20,000 nucleotides of DNA from positions 1,731,654-1,751,653 of the forward strand of contig KV454013.1 in the NCBI GenBank assembly GCA_001661245.1, in the 5' to 3' direction. Below are positions 1 through 10,114 of the stretch, piece by piece. This stretch comes from Pachysolen tannophilus NRRL Y-2460. Lineage: Eukaryota. Each line of letters begins with the position of its first letter. Within the stretch, counting starts at the first letter, position 1. The notes under the pieces are model-generated. The model was not told the DNA's origin, did not search any database, and worked only from the letters and a program-made list of their open reading frames with translations. Both the position numbers and the translations under genes were made by a program.

Positions 1-137
1 TGTACAAGCTTATCTTTGAAACTGTATCTAACTGTGAATTACCTTATTCGGAAGTGTTCCAAGTGCCTATTTTTCTGTGAGCAAAAGTAACCCAAAATTC
101 AAACGTTTAACCGCTGATTAAATTATTATATATTTTT

Positions 138-147
<10 letters not shown>

Positions 148-173
<26 letters not shown>
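148..173. repeat. (AT)n microsatellite
   Basis: About 13 AT units read directly. Similar (TA)n tracts lie near 5365-5390, 8053-8068, 8109-8123, 10896-10908 and 11986-12001, all intergenic. Confidence 0.9.
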
Positions 174-427
174 TAGTTATTCATTTTTCTAATCTAAGGG
201 TATCGATTTTTTTGTCAGTGGGAAACTGTTGTTAAATTATAGTAGAGTTTATTTTGGAGTGGTGTTTCTCAGTTTAATTTTTGTGAAATTGATTAGAAAA
301 GAAGTTCTAATTTCTAAAAACTAAATCATCTTGGCTGTTGTTTGTCACAATTTTTTTTTTTTTTTTTTTTTTTGATTTTTGATTCAACTAGTTTTGAAAA
401 GGTTACAAACTATAAGATCAAGGGAGG

Positions 428-2797
428 ATGCAAGAATTACAGTTCACTTCGTTGGTTGATACTTCATCTCGACTTAAAGTCGATAAAATGGGTAATTTTG
501 TTGAGAGCAAGTCAGGAAGAAGAGTGACATTGAAAGGTATAAATCTTGATTCGTCGATGAAAATACCTACTTCACCACCACATATGACAAGTTATAGACC
601 TTTTAAAGATGGATTGTTTTGGGATGGTGACAATGTTTCATTTGTAGGGAGGCCATTTCCGATAGAGGAAGCAGAGGAGCATTTTAATAGAATCAAATCA
701 TGGGGTTATAATACTATTAGATATATTATTACTTGGGAAGCTATAGAACATTTTGGACCTGGTCATTATGATGATGAATTTGTTGAATATACAATTAAGA
801 TTTTGAAAATAATTGATCGAATCGGTGGTTTATACGTTTTCATTGATCCACATCAAGATGTTTGGTCTAGATTCACTGGTGGTTGTGGAGCGCCTCTTTG
901 GACTTTATATGCAGCAGGGCTTAATCCTCATAAATTTGCAACCACAGAGGCAGCATTTATTCAAAATAGTTATCCTGATCCTATAAATTTTCCAAAGATG
1001 GTTTGGCCAACAAATTATACCAGATTAGCAACTTTTACAATGTTTACAATGTTTTTCTCTGGAAAGAAATTTTTCCCTAAATGCATTATAGATGGTGTAA
1101 ATATTCAAGATTATTTACAATCTCATTTTTTAAATTCTTTAAAATATTTTCTAGTTGCATTGGAAAGTAATGTACCTAAGCTTATGAATACTACTATTAT
1201 TGGATTTGAAACATTAAATGAACCTTCTTGTGGTCTATATGGTAGGCAAGATTTATCAGTTTTACCTAAGGATCAAGAATTGAGGGTTCATACAACACCT
1301 ACAGCTTTTGAAGCCATGAAATTAGGGATGGGTATTCCTTGTGAGATTGATACTTATGAAATTAGAATTATTGGTCCTACAAGGACTGGGAAAAAATTAG
1401 TTAATGAACAAAAAGATAATTGTTGGATTAAAGATTACAAATGGGATGATCATTATGGGTTTAAAAGAGATAAAAATTGGAAAATAGGACAATGTGTTTA
1501 TGCGTTACATGGTATCTGGGATATTAAAACTGAAACATTATTGATTCCAGACTATTTTGGTAAAGACCCAAATACGGGCACAATTTTAAATAAAGATGTT
1601 TTCGTTAACGAAGATTTTCTAGATTTTTATATTTCATCTAAACAAATGTTACGGTCCATTAATTCTGATTTATTCAGCATGATGCAAATTCCAGTTTTTG
1701 AAATTCCACCTAATTTAATGAATACTGATATAGTAGATAATCGTACTATATTATGCCAGCATTATTATGATGGTATGTCACTCATGTTTAAGACATGGAA
1801 TAGAAAATATAATGTTGATACTTTGGGAATCTTAAGAGGTAGGTATTTGAATCCAATTTTTGGGATTGTATTTGGTGAAAAAAACATTAGAAGATGTATT
1901 AAAAATCAATTTAATGAGATGAATAGAGAAAAAATTGAGTATATGGGTAGAAGTGTTCCTATGATGATATCTGAGACGGGTATGCCATTTGATATGGATG
2001 ATAAAAAATCTTTTGATGACGGAGATTATTCTTCTCAGATTTCAGCATTAGATTGTATTGGATACGCTTTAGAAACGAACAATTTATCTCATACTTACTG
2101 GTGTTATTCTTCAATTAATTGTCATAAATGGGGTGATAGATGGAATAATGAGGATTTTGGTTTTTGGTCGAAAGATGATTGTAAAGATTGGGATTATACT
2201 AAGAAAATGTTATATGATTCTACTAGGAGATTTAATACTGATCGAACGTTTGTAGATTCAATTAAAGATGAGAATATCTCAAGTTCAAAGAGGAAAATGG
2301 ATTTTGAATCCGATTCAACAGTTACCGAATCAATATTATTGAAAGATCAAAAGCAGCATGTAAAAGAGGATTTATCATTATTTGCAGATGGTGTGCGTTC
2401 ATTGGATTCGATAGTAAGACCTTACCCAGTATTGATAAATGGAACTGTAGAATATTGTGAATTTGATTTGTCGAATTTAACATTTGAATTGATTATAAAC
2501 ACAAAATCTTCTTCAAATATAGTATTTCCAAGTGTTATATATTTACCGTCATTTCATTTTCCTATTGATGATGTTGAAATTCAGGCTTCAACAGGAACTA
2601 CAAAGTATAAGTTTAATGATTTTTTGCAAGTTTTACATTGGCATCATGATATCAATATTGGTAAACAGCGATTATATGTTCAGCTAAATCAAAATAATGA
2701 AAATAAAGAGGCGAGTGCTTTAAACTTCTCAGCCTGTGGATGTGGAAGTGGGAGTTCGGGTTATGGAAAAAATCCAGAAGCTTGTACGATTATTTAA
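428..2797 (+). CDS. EGH1: GH5 steryl-beta-glucosidase / endoglycoceramidase-related protein (Egh1/YIR007W-like), 789 aa
   Basis: Motifs VGRPFP, TWEAIEH, IDPHQDVWSRFTGGCGAPLW; GH5 acid/base ETLNEP; nucleophile region ISETGMPFD; WGDRWNNEDF; C-terminal beta domain; ends in CaaX CTII. Confidence 0.88.
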   Translation: MQELQFTSLVDTSSRLKVDKMGNFVESKSGRRVTLKGINLDSSMKIPTSPPHMTSYRPFKDGLFWDGDNVSFVGRPFPIEEAEEHFNRIKSWGYNTIRYIITWEAIEHFGPGHYDDEFVEYTIKILKIIDRIGGLYVFIDPHQDVWSRFTGGCGAPLWTLYAAGLNPHKFATTEAAFIQNSYPDPINFPKMVWPTNYTRLATFTMFTMFFSGKKFFPKCIIDGVNIQDYLQSHFLNSLKYFLVALESNVPKLMNTTIIGFETLNEPSCGLYGRQDLSVLPKDQELRVHTTPTAFEAMKLGMGIPCEIDTYEIRIIGPTRTGKKLVNEQKDNCWIKDYKWDDHYGFKRDKNWKIGQCVYALHGIWDIKTETLLIPDYFGKDPNTGTILNKDVFVNEDFLDFYISSKQMLRSINSDLFSMMQIPVFEIPPNLMNTDIVDNRTILCQHYYDGMSLMFKTWNRKYNVDTLGILRGRYLNPIFGIVFGEKNIRRCIKNQFNEMNREKIEYMGRSVPMMISETGMPFDMDDKKSFDDGDYSSQISALDCIGYALETNNLSHTYWCYSSINCHKWGDRWNNEDFGFWSKDDCKDWDYTKKMLYDSTRRFNTDRTFVDSIKDENISSSKRKMDFESDSTVTESILLKDQKQHVKEDLSLFADGVRSLDSIVRPYPVLINGTVEYCEFDLSNLTFELIINTKSSSNIVFPSVIYLPSFHFPIDDVEIQASTGTTKYKFNDFLQVLHWHHDINIGKQRLYVQLNQNNENKEASALNFSACGCGSGSSGYGKNPEACTII

Positions 2798-3651
2798 AAA
2801 CTGCCATCCACAGGCTTATGGGTATATTTATAAGGCTCCTACAATTAACAATTTTAATTTTCTTGAGAGTATTTTGGTGGCTATTAGGTGTCTTTACTAG
2901 GGCTTGTTGAAGATACATTTTTTTTAAATATATTTTCATATGTTGAGCATTATTATTACTTGTCTTTTATACTTTTAAATAAATATAATTATGTCAGTTC
3001 TAACATTCCATCCTGTAGCCATTTAAAATTGACGAGTTAAAACAATTATTAGCATGTGTTTTTTTTTTTTTTCTTGGCTTACCAAATACTTGTTGAAACG
3101 TGTCTTTTTAGATTTGCAATTGGCCAAACTTAAAGCCAACAACCCGTCAAATCAGATTAAATCGTTACATCAGTTTCTAAATCGGTGAAAAAGAGCGGGG
3201 GGTAAACAAAGGAAACACAACTTCCTAATACGGCAATACGGCAAAATCTCCGGTTGACCAGTATTTAGAAAGACAACATTCTGCATGTGGTACGTCTCCA
3301 AACCTTAGTTTTGGCAAATTTGTCCTATGTTTTATGTTGTACTTGCCTCTTTCCGAGTATTTATTGTAATCGGAATTAAAACTTCACCAATTAGATGCTC
3401 TAAAAGGCTATGAGAGATTTTTTTGTTGGGTGTTTTAAAGTTTTCATATTCAATGAATCGGCGCAATTCGTAGTTTTTAATTTGTAATTTGTAAATCATG
3501 GAGATTGTGTTCAACTCTTTTGAATTTTCCTTGAGAGGGAAGAACAGTACTTAAAGGTTAGTTATTGCCAGTTTTATTTTCTATAATTCAATTTTTCTTT
3601 ATATATAAGTTGAAATTTTTTTCATAAATTATTTTACAATATAAAGATATA

Positions 3652-5235
3652 ATGAGTCCATCTAGTTTTATTCCTAAAATCAAGGTTGCAACCGATAAGT
3701 GTAAGTTTCAAGGAGATACCTTATTATCGTCATACACGTATCAAAATGCTCTTGTTTCTAAAGATTTAGAGACAGGTATATTTAACGTTGAGCCGCAATC
3801 TACTGATTACAATTTCAAATTAGATTTGAAAATTCCAAAAGTTGGATTAATGTTAGTGGGTCTTGGTGGTAATAATGGATCCACAGTAGTTGCCGCGGTC
3901 TTAGCCAATAAGCATCAATTATCTTTTGAAACTAATAAAGGTGTTGTTAAACCTAATTACTATGGTTCGGTAACTCAATCTGCAACTTTGAAATTAGGTA
4001 TTGATAGGCATGGTAGTGACGTTTATGCTCCTTTTAATGATGTTTTACCTCTTGTTAATCCAAATGATCTTGTTGTTGGTGGTTGGGATATTAATGGTGC
4101 TGATTTGAAAAAGGCAATGGAACGTGCCCAAGTCTTGGATATCGATTTACAGAAAAAATTGGGTCCATACATGAAAGATATAAAACCATTACCATCTGTT
4201 TACTACCCTGATTTTATTGCTGCAAACCAAGATGATAGAGCAGATAATTGTTTTAATAGAGAAAACGTAAATGGTGTTGTTTCAACAAAGGGAAAGTGGT
4301 CACATGTTGAGAAGATCAGATCTGATATTAGAGAGTTCAAACAGAAAAATAATTTAGATAAAGTTATTGTTTTATGGACTGCAAATACTGAACGTTATGC
4401 AGATGTTGCTGCAGGAGTAAACGATACTGCTGAAAATTTGATCAGTTCTATTAAAAAAGATGACGAAGAAGTTTCTCCTTCTACAATTTTTGCAGTTGCA
4501 TCAATCTTAGAGAAAGTCACTTTTATCAACGGTTCCCCTCAAAACACTTTTGTTCCTGGTTGTATCGAATTAGCTGAAATTAATAAAACATTTATTGGTG
4601 GTGATGATTTCAAAACTGGACAAACAAAATTGAAATCAGTATTGGCCCAATTTTTGGTTGATGCAGGTATTAGACCAATTTCTATTGCTTCATATAATCA
4701 TTTGGGAAATAATGATGGTTATAATTTAAGTTCTGCAAGACAATTTAGATCTAAAGAAATTTCTAAAAAATCAGTTGTTGACGATATGATTGCTTCAAAT
4801 AAAATTCTATATAATGAGGAAAAAGGAAACACAATTGATCACTGTATTGTCATTAAATATGTCCCTGCTGTTGGTGATTCCAAGATTGCCATGGATGAGT
4901 ATTACTCAGAATTAATGTTAGGAGGGCATAATAAATTGGTGGTTCATAATACATGTGAAGATTCTTTATTAGCAACTCCTTTAATAATTGACTTAGTAAT
5001 CATGTCAGAATTTTTATCGAGAATTAATTACAAGAGAGCTGATGAAACAGAATACCATGATTTCTATTCAGTATTATCATTTTTATCCTACTGGTTAAAA
5101 GCACCATTGACAAGACCTGGATACGACGCTATTAATGGTTTAAATAAGCAAAGACAAGGTATTGAGAATTTAATGAGATTACTCATTGGGCTTCCAGCGT
5201 TAGACGAATTAAGATTTGAGGAGAGATTAGTTTAA
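3652..5235 (+). CDS. INO1: Myo-inositol-1-phosphate synthase, 527 aa
   Basis: All four MIPS core motifs present: [37 protein letters not shown]. Confidence 0.98.
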   Translation: MSPSSFIPKIKVATDKCKFQGDTLLSSYTYQNALVSKDLETGIFNVEPQSTDYNFKLDLKIPKVGLMLVGLGGNNGSTVVAAVLANKHQLSFETNKGVVKPNYYGSVTQSATLKLGIDRHGSDVYAPFNDVLPLVNPNDLVVGGWDINGADLKKAMERAQVLDIDLQKKLGPYMKDIKPLPSVYYPDFIAANQDDRADNCFNRENVNGVVSTKGKWSHVEKIRSDIREFKQKNNLDKVIVLWTANTERYADVAAGVNDTAENLISSIKKDDEEVSPSTIFAVASILEKVTFINGSPQNTFVPGCIELAEINKTFIGGDDFKTGQTKLKSVLAQFLVDAGIRPISIASYNHLGNNDGYNLSSARQFRSKEISKKSVVDDMIASNKILYNEEKGNTIDHCIVIKYVPAVGDSKIAMDEYYSELMLGGHNKLVVHNTCEDSLLATPLIIDLVIMSEFLSRINYKRADETEYHDFYSVLSFLSYWLKAPLTRPGYDAINGLNKQRQGIENLMRLLIGLPALDELRFEERLV

Positions 5236-5357
5236 AGGAATAGTGTTAGACAAAGTCGAATTTATAATTTTTTTTTCTTTTCTTTAATGGAATGAACATC
5301 TTTTCCAACTTCTGTTTTAAATTTATATTAAATTAATAAAATTGATACAATATTCTT

Positions 5358-5389
<32 letters not shown>

Positions 5390-5444
5390 TGTTGGGGTAT
5401 ATACATATCCGCTCAAAAACAACCTATTAAAATATGCAATACAT

Positions 5445-6686
5445 TTAAAAATTTCTTCTTGAAGGTGTAATGTTTTTTGGACTTCCTCCAATGTTCATAT
5501 TTGAAAAACTACTAACAAACGAACTTGATTTTGCTGGATCCAGCGAATTATCTTTGAATTTAAAATTTTCTTTTATCATTGGAATCTTATCGATATCATT
5601 CAAATCCACTTTATCCTTTAGAACTGGAGAAACAGTTTCCTCTTTTTTCTCGATAGCCTTATTTTCAACTTTTAAATCCAATCCAAGCAATTCACGTTGT
5701 GCATTAGATAATGGTAAATCTAAACACTGATCTTGTTTTTTAAATATTTGAAATAGACATAACAGTAGGTTGAAACTAATGACTGAATAAAAAATTAATC
5801 TTATGAATCGACATACAGAGACAGAAAATATGGTATCATTTAAATAATCCAACAATGACGTGTTGATATAAATATACTTTATTAGGCTTACAAGTAGCTT
5901 GAAAACAAATAAAAGGAAAACGTTGAAAACAAATGTTTTAACGTATAATTCTTTATTCAGAATTCTTGTCATTGCAAGTTGGACATTTTCATCCAATAGT
6001 GGTTCAAATGTGGTTTTTTGATTAAGATAAGATTTATCATTTGATGCTAAATTTGATGAAGTTGAAGATATTTCGCATTCTTGTTCAACATTTTTTTGAG
6101 CATTATTAAAATATGTGTTTTGTAAGTTATTCGATATTTCAAATGGAGTTTTGTTAATCTCTTGAGGTATCATATTTTGAGAATTTTTAAAAACTAAATT
6201 TGGATTTAAATACCTATTGACATCATTTGAAAATTCCGCATAAATTGGTGATGATGTTGAAAGCAAACTTTTATCATTTTTTCTATCTTTTTGAAGACGT
6301 AATTGTTGTTTGAAAAAAGTATCTTTAGATGTTGTTGGTGACAGTTTAAAAGGTGAAACAATTGTTTGTTTTTCTATTGGGGACCTATTGATCGAGGGGA
6401 AAAATTTTTTTTTAAGTTCAACTTCTTCTGGATTACGGTCATTCAAATCACCATTTTGAAACTGCTTTATCCTTGTTGATGGAGTCTCATTTATTATATT
6501 AGAACTTTGCTGTTGATTTTTCGGAGTTTGAAAACTATTAATTGCTGCTAAATGCTGTAAATCAATATAGTTACCACTTCTCGATTTCGTTCTATTATGT
6601 TTGATACCTACAAAAGTATCATTTGGACCCGGCGTACTAAACGAGTCCGTATCAAAAGGAGTCTTCACTGGAGTAACAAATGACAT
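5445..6686 (-). CDS. POM34: Probable transmembrane nucleoporin Pom34, 413 aa
   Basis: Long S/T-P-rich disordered N-terminus, two hydrophobic helices, then DQCLDLPLSNAQRELLGL, resembling the Pom34-family DLPLxxxQRxLLGL motif. Adjacent to MEU1, as YLR017W/YLR018C are in S. cerevisiae. Confidence 0.72.
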   Translation of the reverse strand: MSFVTPVKTPFDTDSFSTPGPNDTFVGIKHNRTKSRSGNYIDLQHLAAINSFQTPKNQQQSSNIINETPSTRIKQFQNGDLNDRNPEEVELKKKFFPSINRSPIEKQTIVSPFKLSPTTSKDTFFKQQLRLQKDRKNDKSLLSTSSPIYAEFSNDVNRYLNPNLVFKNSQNMIPQEINKTPFEISNNLQNTYFNNAQKNVEQECEISSTSSNLASNDKSYLNQKTTFEPLLDENVQLAMTRILNKELYVKTFVFNVFLLFVFKLLVSLIKYIYINTSLLDYLNDTIFSVSVCRFIRLIFYSVISFNLLLCLFQIFKKQDQCLDLPLSNAQRELLGLDLKVENKAIEKKEETVSPVLKDKVDLNDIDKIPMIKENFKFKDNSLDPAKSSSFVSSFSNMNIGGSPKNITPSRRNF

Positions 6687-6942
6687 CTTTCCTTATCCTT
6701 ATCCTTCTCATCAGAAAGATTCTATTAACTTGAAATTTAAAACAACAAATTATATAAGTTACAGTTTGTTACTACTAATAAATTCTCGAGAATAAAAATA
6801 TATAAATAAGTGATTAAATCAATTCTTCTGTTTGGTAAGTTCATACACTACAAAAGTGGTGTGAGATGTTTTCTATATATTATTTACTATGGGATAATTA
6901 TTGTATTGATAAAATTGGTGTGATATGGAATGTATCAATGTA

Positions 6943-7923
6943 TCAATGAATTGGCCAATAACCAGGGAATAAATAGTGCATTTTTTCCAATAGTTCACGT
7001 TTAACACCATCTGGAGAGGTACTTACGGAGTATTTCATTGATCCCAGGAGATCATTACCAACGTTACCGGCTTTAATTTCAGTTTCCAATCTGTCAATAA
7101 GTCTTTCAGCAAGAATATGAGCATTCGCACTATTTGCTGACAAATTACCAATAACAGTTTCAACTGTAACGGGTTCTTCTTGATCATTCCAAGCGTCGTA
7201 ATCGGTAGACATACAGATCATTTGGTAAGCGATTTCAGCTTCTCTAGCTAATTTTGATTCTGGAATAGCAGACATGTTAATGACGGATCCACCCCAAGAT
7301 TTGTATAATCTTGATTCTGCTCTTGTAGAAAAAGCTGGACCTTCCATACAGACCAAGATAACATCGTCTTTTAAAGTTTCCTTAGTATGGAAAATAAGAT
7401 TATCACCTTGTAATAAATTTTTTTCAACACCAACTTCTGCAACAATTTTATTTAATTTTAAATCAAAAGGTTCACCAAAACCTGCATGTGCAACAAATCC
7501 TTTTTCAAAAAAAGTTGAAGGTCTTATACCTTTTGTTCTATCAATGATTTGATTTGGTAAGACAAAATCTCTTGGTTTAATATGTTTTTGTAATGAACCA
7601 ACTGCACTAAAGGCAATAATACATTTGACTCCCAATTTCTTTAAAGCTGCAATGTTTGCCCTACTTGGAACATCAGAAGGTAATAAATCATGATGTAAAC
7701 CATGTCTAGCTAAGAAAGCAATAGGGAACCCCGACTCAGTTTTCGAAATTGTAATTGGTGATGATGGGAATCCCCATGGTGTTGAAACAGTTAATTTGGC
7801 CACTGCAGTTAAAGTATCTAGCTTATATAATCCAGTACCACCTATTACAGCTAATGTAACCGGCTCATGAAACTCGGTAGGCAAAGGCTGACCTTCACTC
7901 TTTGAATTGCGATGTAAAGACAT
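6943..7923 (-). CDS. MEU1: S-methyl-5'-thioadenosine phosphorylase (MTAP), 326 aa from the first ATG
   Basis: Motifs AVIGGTGLY, TPWG, FLARHG, RANIAALK, MEGPAFSTRAES, INMS, STDYD. The ORF-track start at 7989 is a TTG; the first ATG is at 7923-7921 (MSLHRNSK). Confidence 0.96.
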   Translation of the reverse strand: MSLHRNSKSEGQPLPTEFHEPVTLAVIGGTGLYKLDTLTAVAKLTVSTPWGFPSSPITISKTESGFPIAFLARHGLHHDLLPSDVPSRANIAALKKLGVKCIIAFSAVGSLQKHIKPRDFVLPNQIIDRTKGIRPSTFFEKGFVAHAGFGEPFDLKLNKIVAEVGVEKNLLQGDNLIFHTKETLKDDVILVCMEGPAFSTRAESRLYKSWGGSVINMSAIPESKLAREAEIAYQMICMSTDYDAWNDQEEPVTVETVIGNLSANSANAHILAERLIDRLETEIKAGNVGNDLLGSMKYSVSTSPDGVKRELLEKMHYLFPGYWPIH

Positions 7924-8371
7924 TTTCTTAATATCTCTTTTAAAAATTAATAAAACTGGGTTAAGCTTAAACACACTGAAAAAAACCAAAAAAAATCAAA
8001 CCAAAAAAAAAAATTAAACTTTGCAATTGACTCAAAAGAAACGCAAATAACTATATATATATATATATGTAAATATAATCTATCTATCTTTTCTAGCTCT
8101 ACCCACCCATATATATATATATAGTAATAATTGGTGAAGTTTTAAAAAAAAACGTTGAAATCTGAGCAATCGCAAATTCGCCTTTTTTCGTTCTTTTTTT
8201 TGGTTTTTTTATGATATAAACAAATATATTTATATGTGCGGAGGCATGTGCTCATAAACCACAGTTTTGAACTACTAACTCTACAAAGTGAGATAATAAT
8301 GGATAAATTAAATTGTATTGAAAGCCTTTATTATAAATTACTTTATTATAAATTACTATGAACTTGAATCT

Positions 8372-9340
8372 TTATGATAGTCTTTCACCTTCTTCAATCT
8401 GGGGTTCTTGTTGACCTAATAAACCTTGAGTTACACCATTTTTATCACGTTGAGAATTTTCTATTTCGTTTATATGACTTGTATCTGAATCTGAATCGTG
8501 AATAAAGTTTTGATGTTGGTGTTTATATTCTGGAGATTGAATGATGTTGTCAATCAAGTAGTACTGTAAGGAATTCATTACTAATGGGAAAATCATCAAT
8601 ACAAATACCAATTGTAAATTTTCGTACTGATCGCTCCAACTAAGAATCCAGTCAGCAATTTTTACCAAGAATGGGAACAGTTCCAATATCATATATATGA
8701 TTAATTTCATGAAAATTAGCCCTATAAAATATAGCGATAATTGTTTTAAATAGTAAGATATCTTTGGTGGTACACCGTATTGGCCACTGGATATACCTTG
8801 TATATTTGCTTTACTTGCTAAGGAGTAAATCATCAATAACATGAGCCATAAGATGGGCACTCCAATTGTGGTATCAAACAAGATATTTAAAAAATAATAG
8901 TTACACGGATCCGTCATAAAATCATCATTGTTACCGCCATTATTAGAGCTATTCCCAGGGGAATGATTAATTCTATGATTAGAACCAAGACTGGATCCAT
9001 CTTTAGACCCATCTCTATACCCATCATCTCTATTGTTCCCATTGGTGTAGTCTCGTATCCTAATTAATGAAAACCTATCATGTCCACCATGATCCCCTTG
9101 GTTACCACTTATTATACTTAACAGAACATTTAACATGTGAATGCCTAAACTACCAAAAACTTGTTTTGAAACATCAAAAAACCATATTTTCCAAGGTCTT
9201 CTATTTGGATATTCTCTAAACCTTTTTAAAACCAATGACGAAAGAGCCAATAACCCTAGACATACTTGGACAAATAGTGCAAATGGTCCAATTAACTTGC
9301 ACTGATCTGTCTTATCCGCTATATTCCATGAGAATATCAT
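8372..9340 (-). CDS. Vacuolar membrane protein, YPL162C / STIMATE (TMEM110) family, 322 aa
   Basis: Motifs CKLIGPFALFVQ, KRFREYPNRRPWKIWFFDVSKQ, PCNYYFLNILFDTTIG, SGQYG, VFVLMIFPLVMNSLQYYLIDNII; about five hydrophobic segments. Confidence 0.85.
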   Translation of the reverse strand: MIFSWNIADKTDQCKLIGPFALFVQVCLGLLALSSLVLKRFREYPNRRPWKIWFFDVSKQVFGSLGIHMLNVLLSIISGNQGDHGGHDRFSLIRIRDYTNGNNRDDGYRDGSKDGSSLGSNHRINHSPGNSSNNGGNNDDFMTDPCNYYFLNILFDTTIGVPILWLMLLMIYSLASKANIQGISSGQYGVPPKISYYLKQLSLYFIGLIFMKLIIYMILELFPFLVKIADWILSWSDQYENLQLVFVLMIFPLVMNSLQYYLIDNIIQSPEYKHQHQNFIHDSDSDTSHINEIENSQRDKNGVTQGLLGQQEPQIEEGERLS

Positions 9341-9841
9341 AACTTCTCACTAAAGACTAGACTAATTCTTAAAACATATAGCTACATTTGTTTTAAGCAA
9401 ATAAAGCCTTAATTAAATAAATAAATAAAAAAATTGCTGGTAGTGCGCTCGGTACTAAAATAATTCTTGAAGATAAAAGAGTTTCCCAATCAAGTAACTA
9501 GTTAAATACGGCAGTCGGTCCAAATTAGGCAATTGCCCCTGGATACTTATTTTTTATTTTTTTTTCCGTTTTTGATTCAGAATTTTCGGAACGGTTTTTT
9601 GAAAAAAAAGTTGTGGCGAGTGAGAAGGGTTTCGGGAAAATTACGATTAAGAAGAAGCTCCCATTTAGGAAAGAGGGGTTTTTCCACCACCTTTTCTACC
9701 TTTTTCACCTTTTTTTTTGTTTTTTTTGTTTTTTTCCGATCAAAACAAAACGGTACAAATTAAAAGAAAAAAACTAATTATCGAAATTTTTCATTTCATA
9801 TATCTAGTTTTAATCCATTTTATAAATAAAATTTTTTCAAT

Positions 9842-10114
9842 ATGGTTGAACCAAAAGAGACCAAGGCACCTGATGCTTCAAGTAAGTTTTGTTAATTTTG
9901 AGTATTTATACTGTTCATTTTAAAATTTCCAAGTTTCTCAGCTGACTAATTGTTCTTTATAGCTTCTAAACCAAAACCATGTTGTGTTTGCATTCCTCAA
10001 AAACAATCAAGAGATGAGTGTTTGTTGCTTAACGGTCAAGAAAGTGGGAAGTGTGATTCCATAATCCAAGAATACAAAACGTGTATGAAAGGCTTTGGCT
10101 TTGAGGTGAATTAA
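9842..10114 (+). CDS. COX17: Mitochondrial copper chaperone Cox17, 63 aa, two exons (9842-9881 and 9963-10114)
   Basis: Manual splicing gives MVEPKETKAPDASTSKPKPCCVCIPQKQSRDECLLLNGQESGKCDSIIQEYKTCMKGFGFEVN*, with KPCCxC and twin CX9C motifs. Not in the ORF track. Confidence 0.96.
9882..9962 (+). other. Spliceosomal intron of COX17 (81 nt, phase 1)
   Basis: 5' site GTAAGT at 9882, branch-like GACTAAT at 9944-9950, 3' TAG at 9960-9962. Removal restores the frame; retention hits an in-frame TAA. Confidence 0.92.

Noticed and set aside
257..265. GAGTGGTGT, a 9-nt match to the telomere repeat
   Set aside because: Single short match, compatible with chance.
342..527. 61-aa ORF with poly-Phe
   Set aside because: TTG start, translates a poly-T tract and overlaps the EGH1 start in another frame.
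3332..3514. 60-aa minus-strand ORF in the INO1 promoter
   Set aside because: Non-ATG start, short, no recognisable motif.
6687..6942. Telomerase RNA gene around the 11-nt telomere match
   Set aside because: The intergenic space is only 256 bp, far shorter than known budding-yeast telomerase RNAs, unless it overlaps coding genes.
5470..7552. Plus-strand ORFs 5470-5730, 6601-6795 and 7274-7552
   Set aside because: Antisense shadows of POM34 and MEU1.
9533..9923. ORFs 9533-9763 and 9717-9923
   Set aside because: Low-complexity promoter DNA with non-ATG starts; the real gene here is the spliced COX17.
9939..9941. Alternative CAG acceptor in the COX17 intron
   Set aside because: It lies upstream of the only plausible branch site and would give an immediate in-frame TAA.
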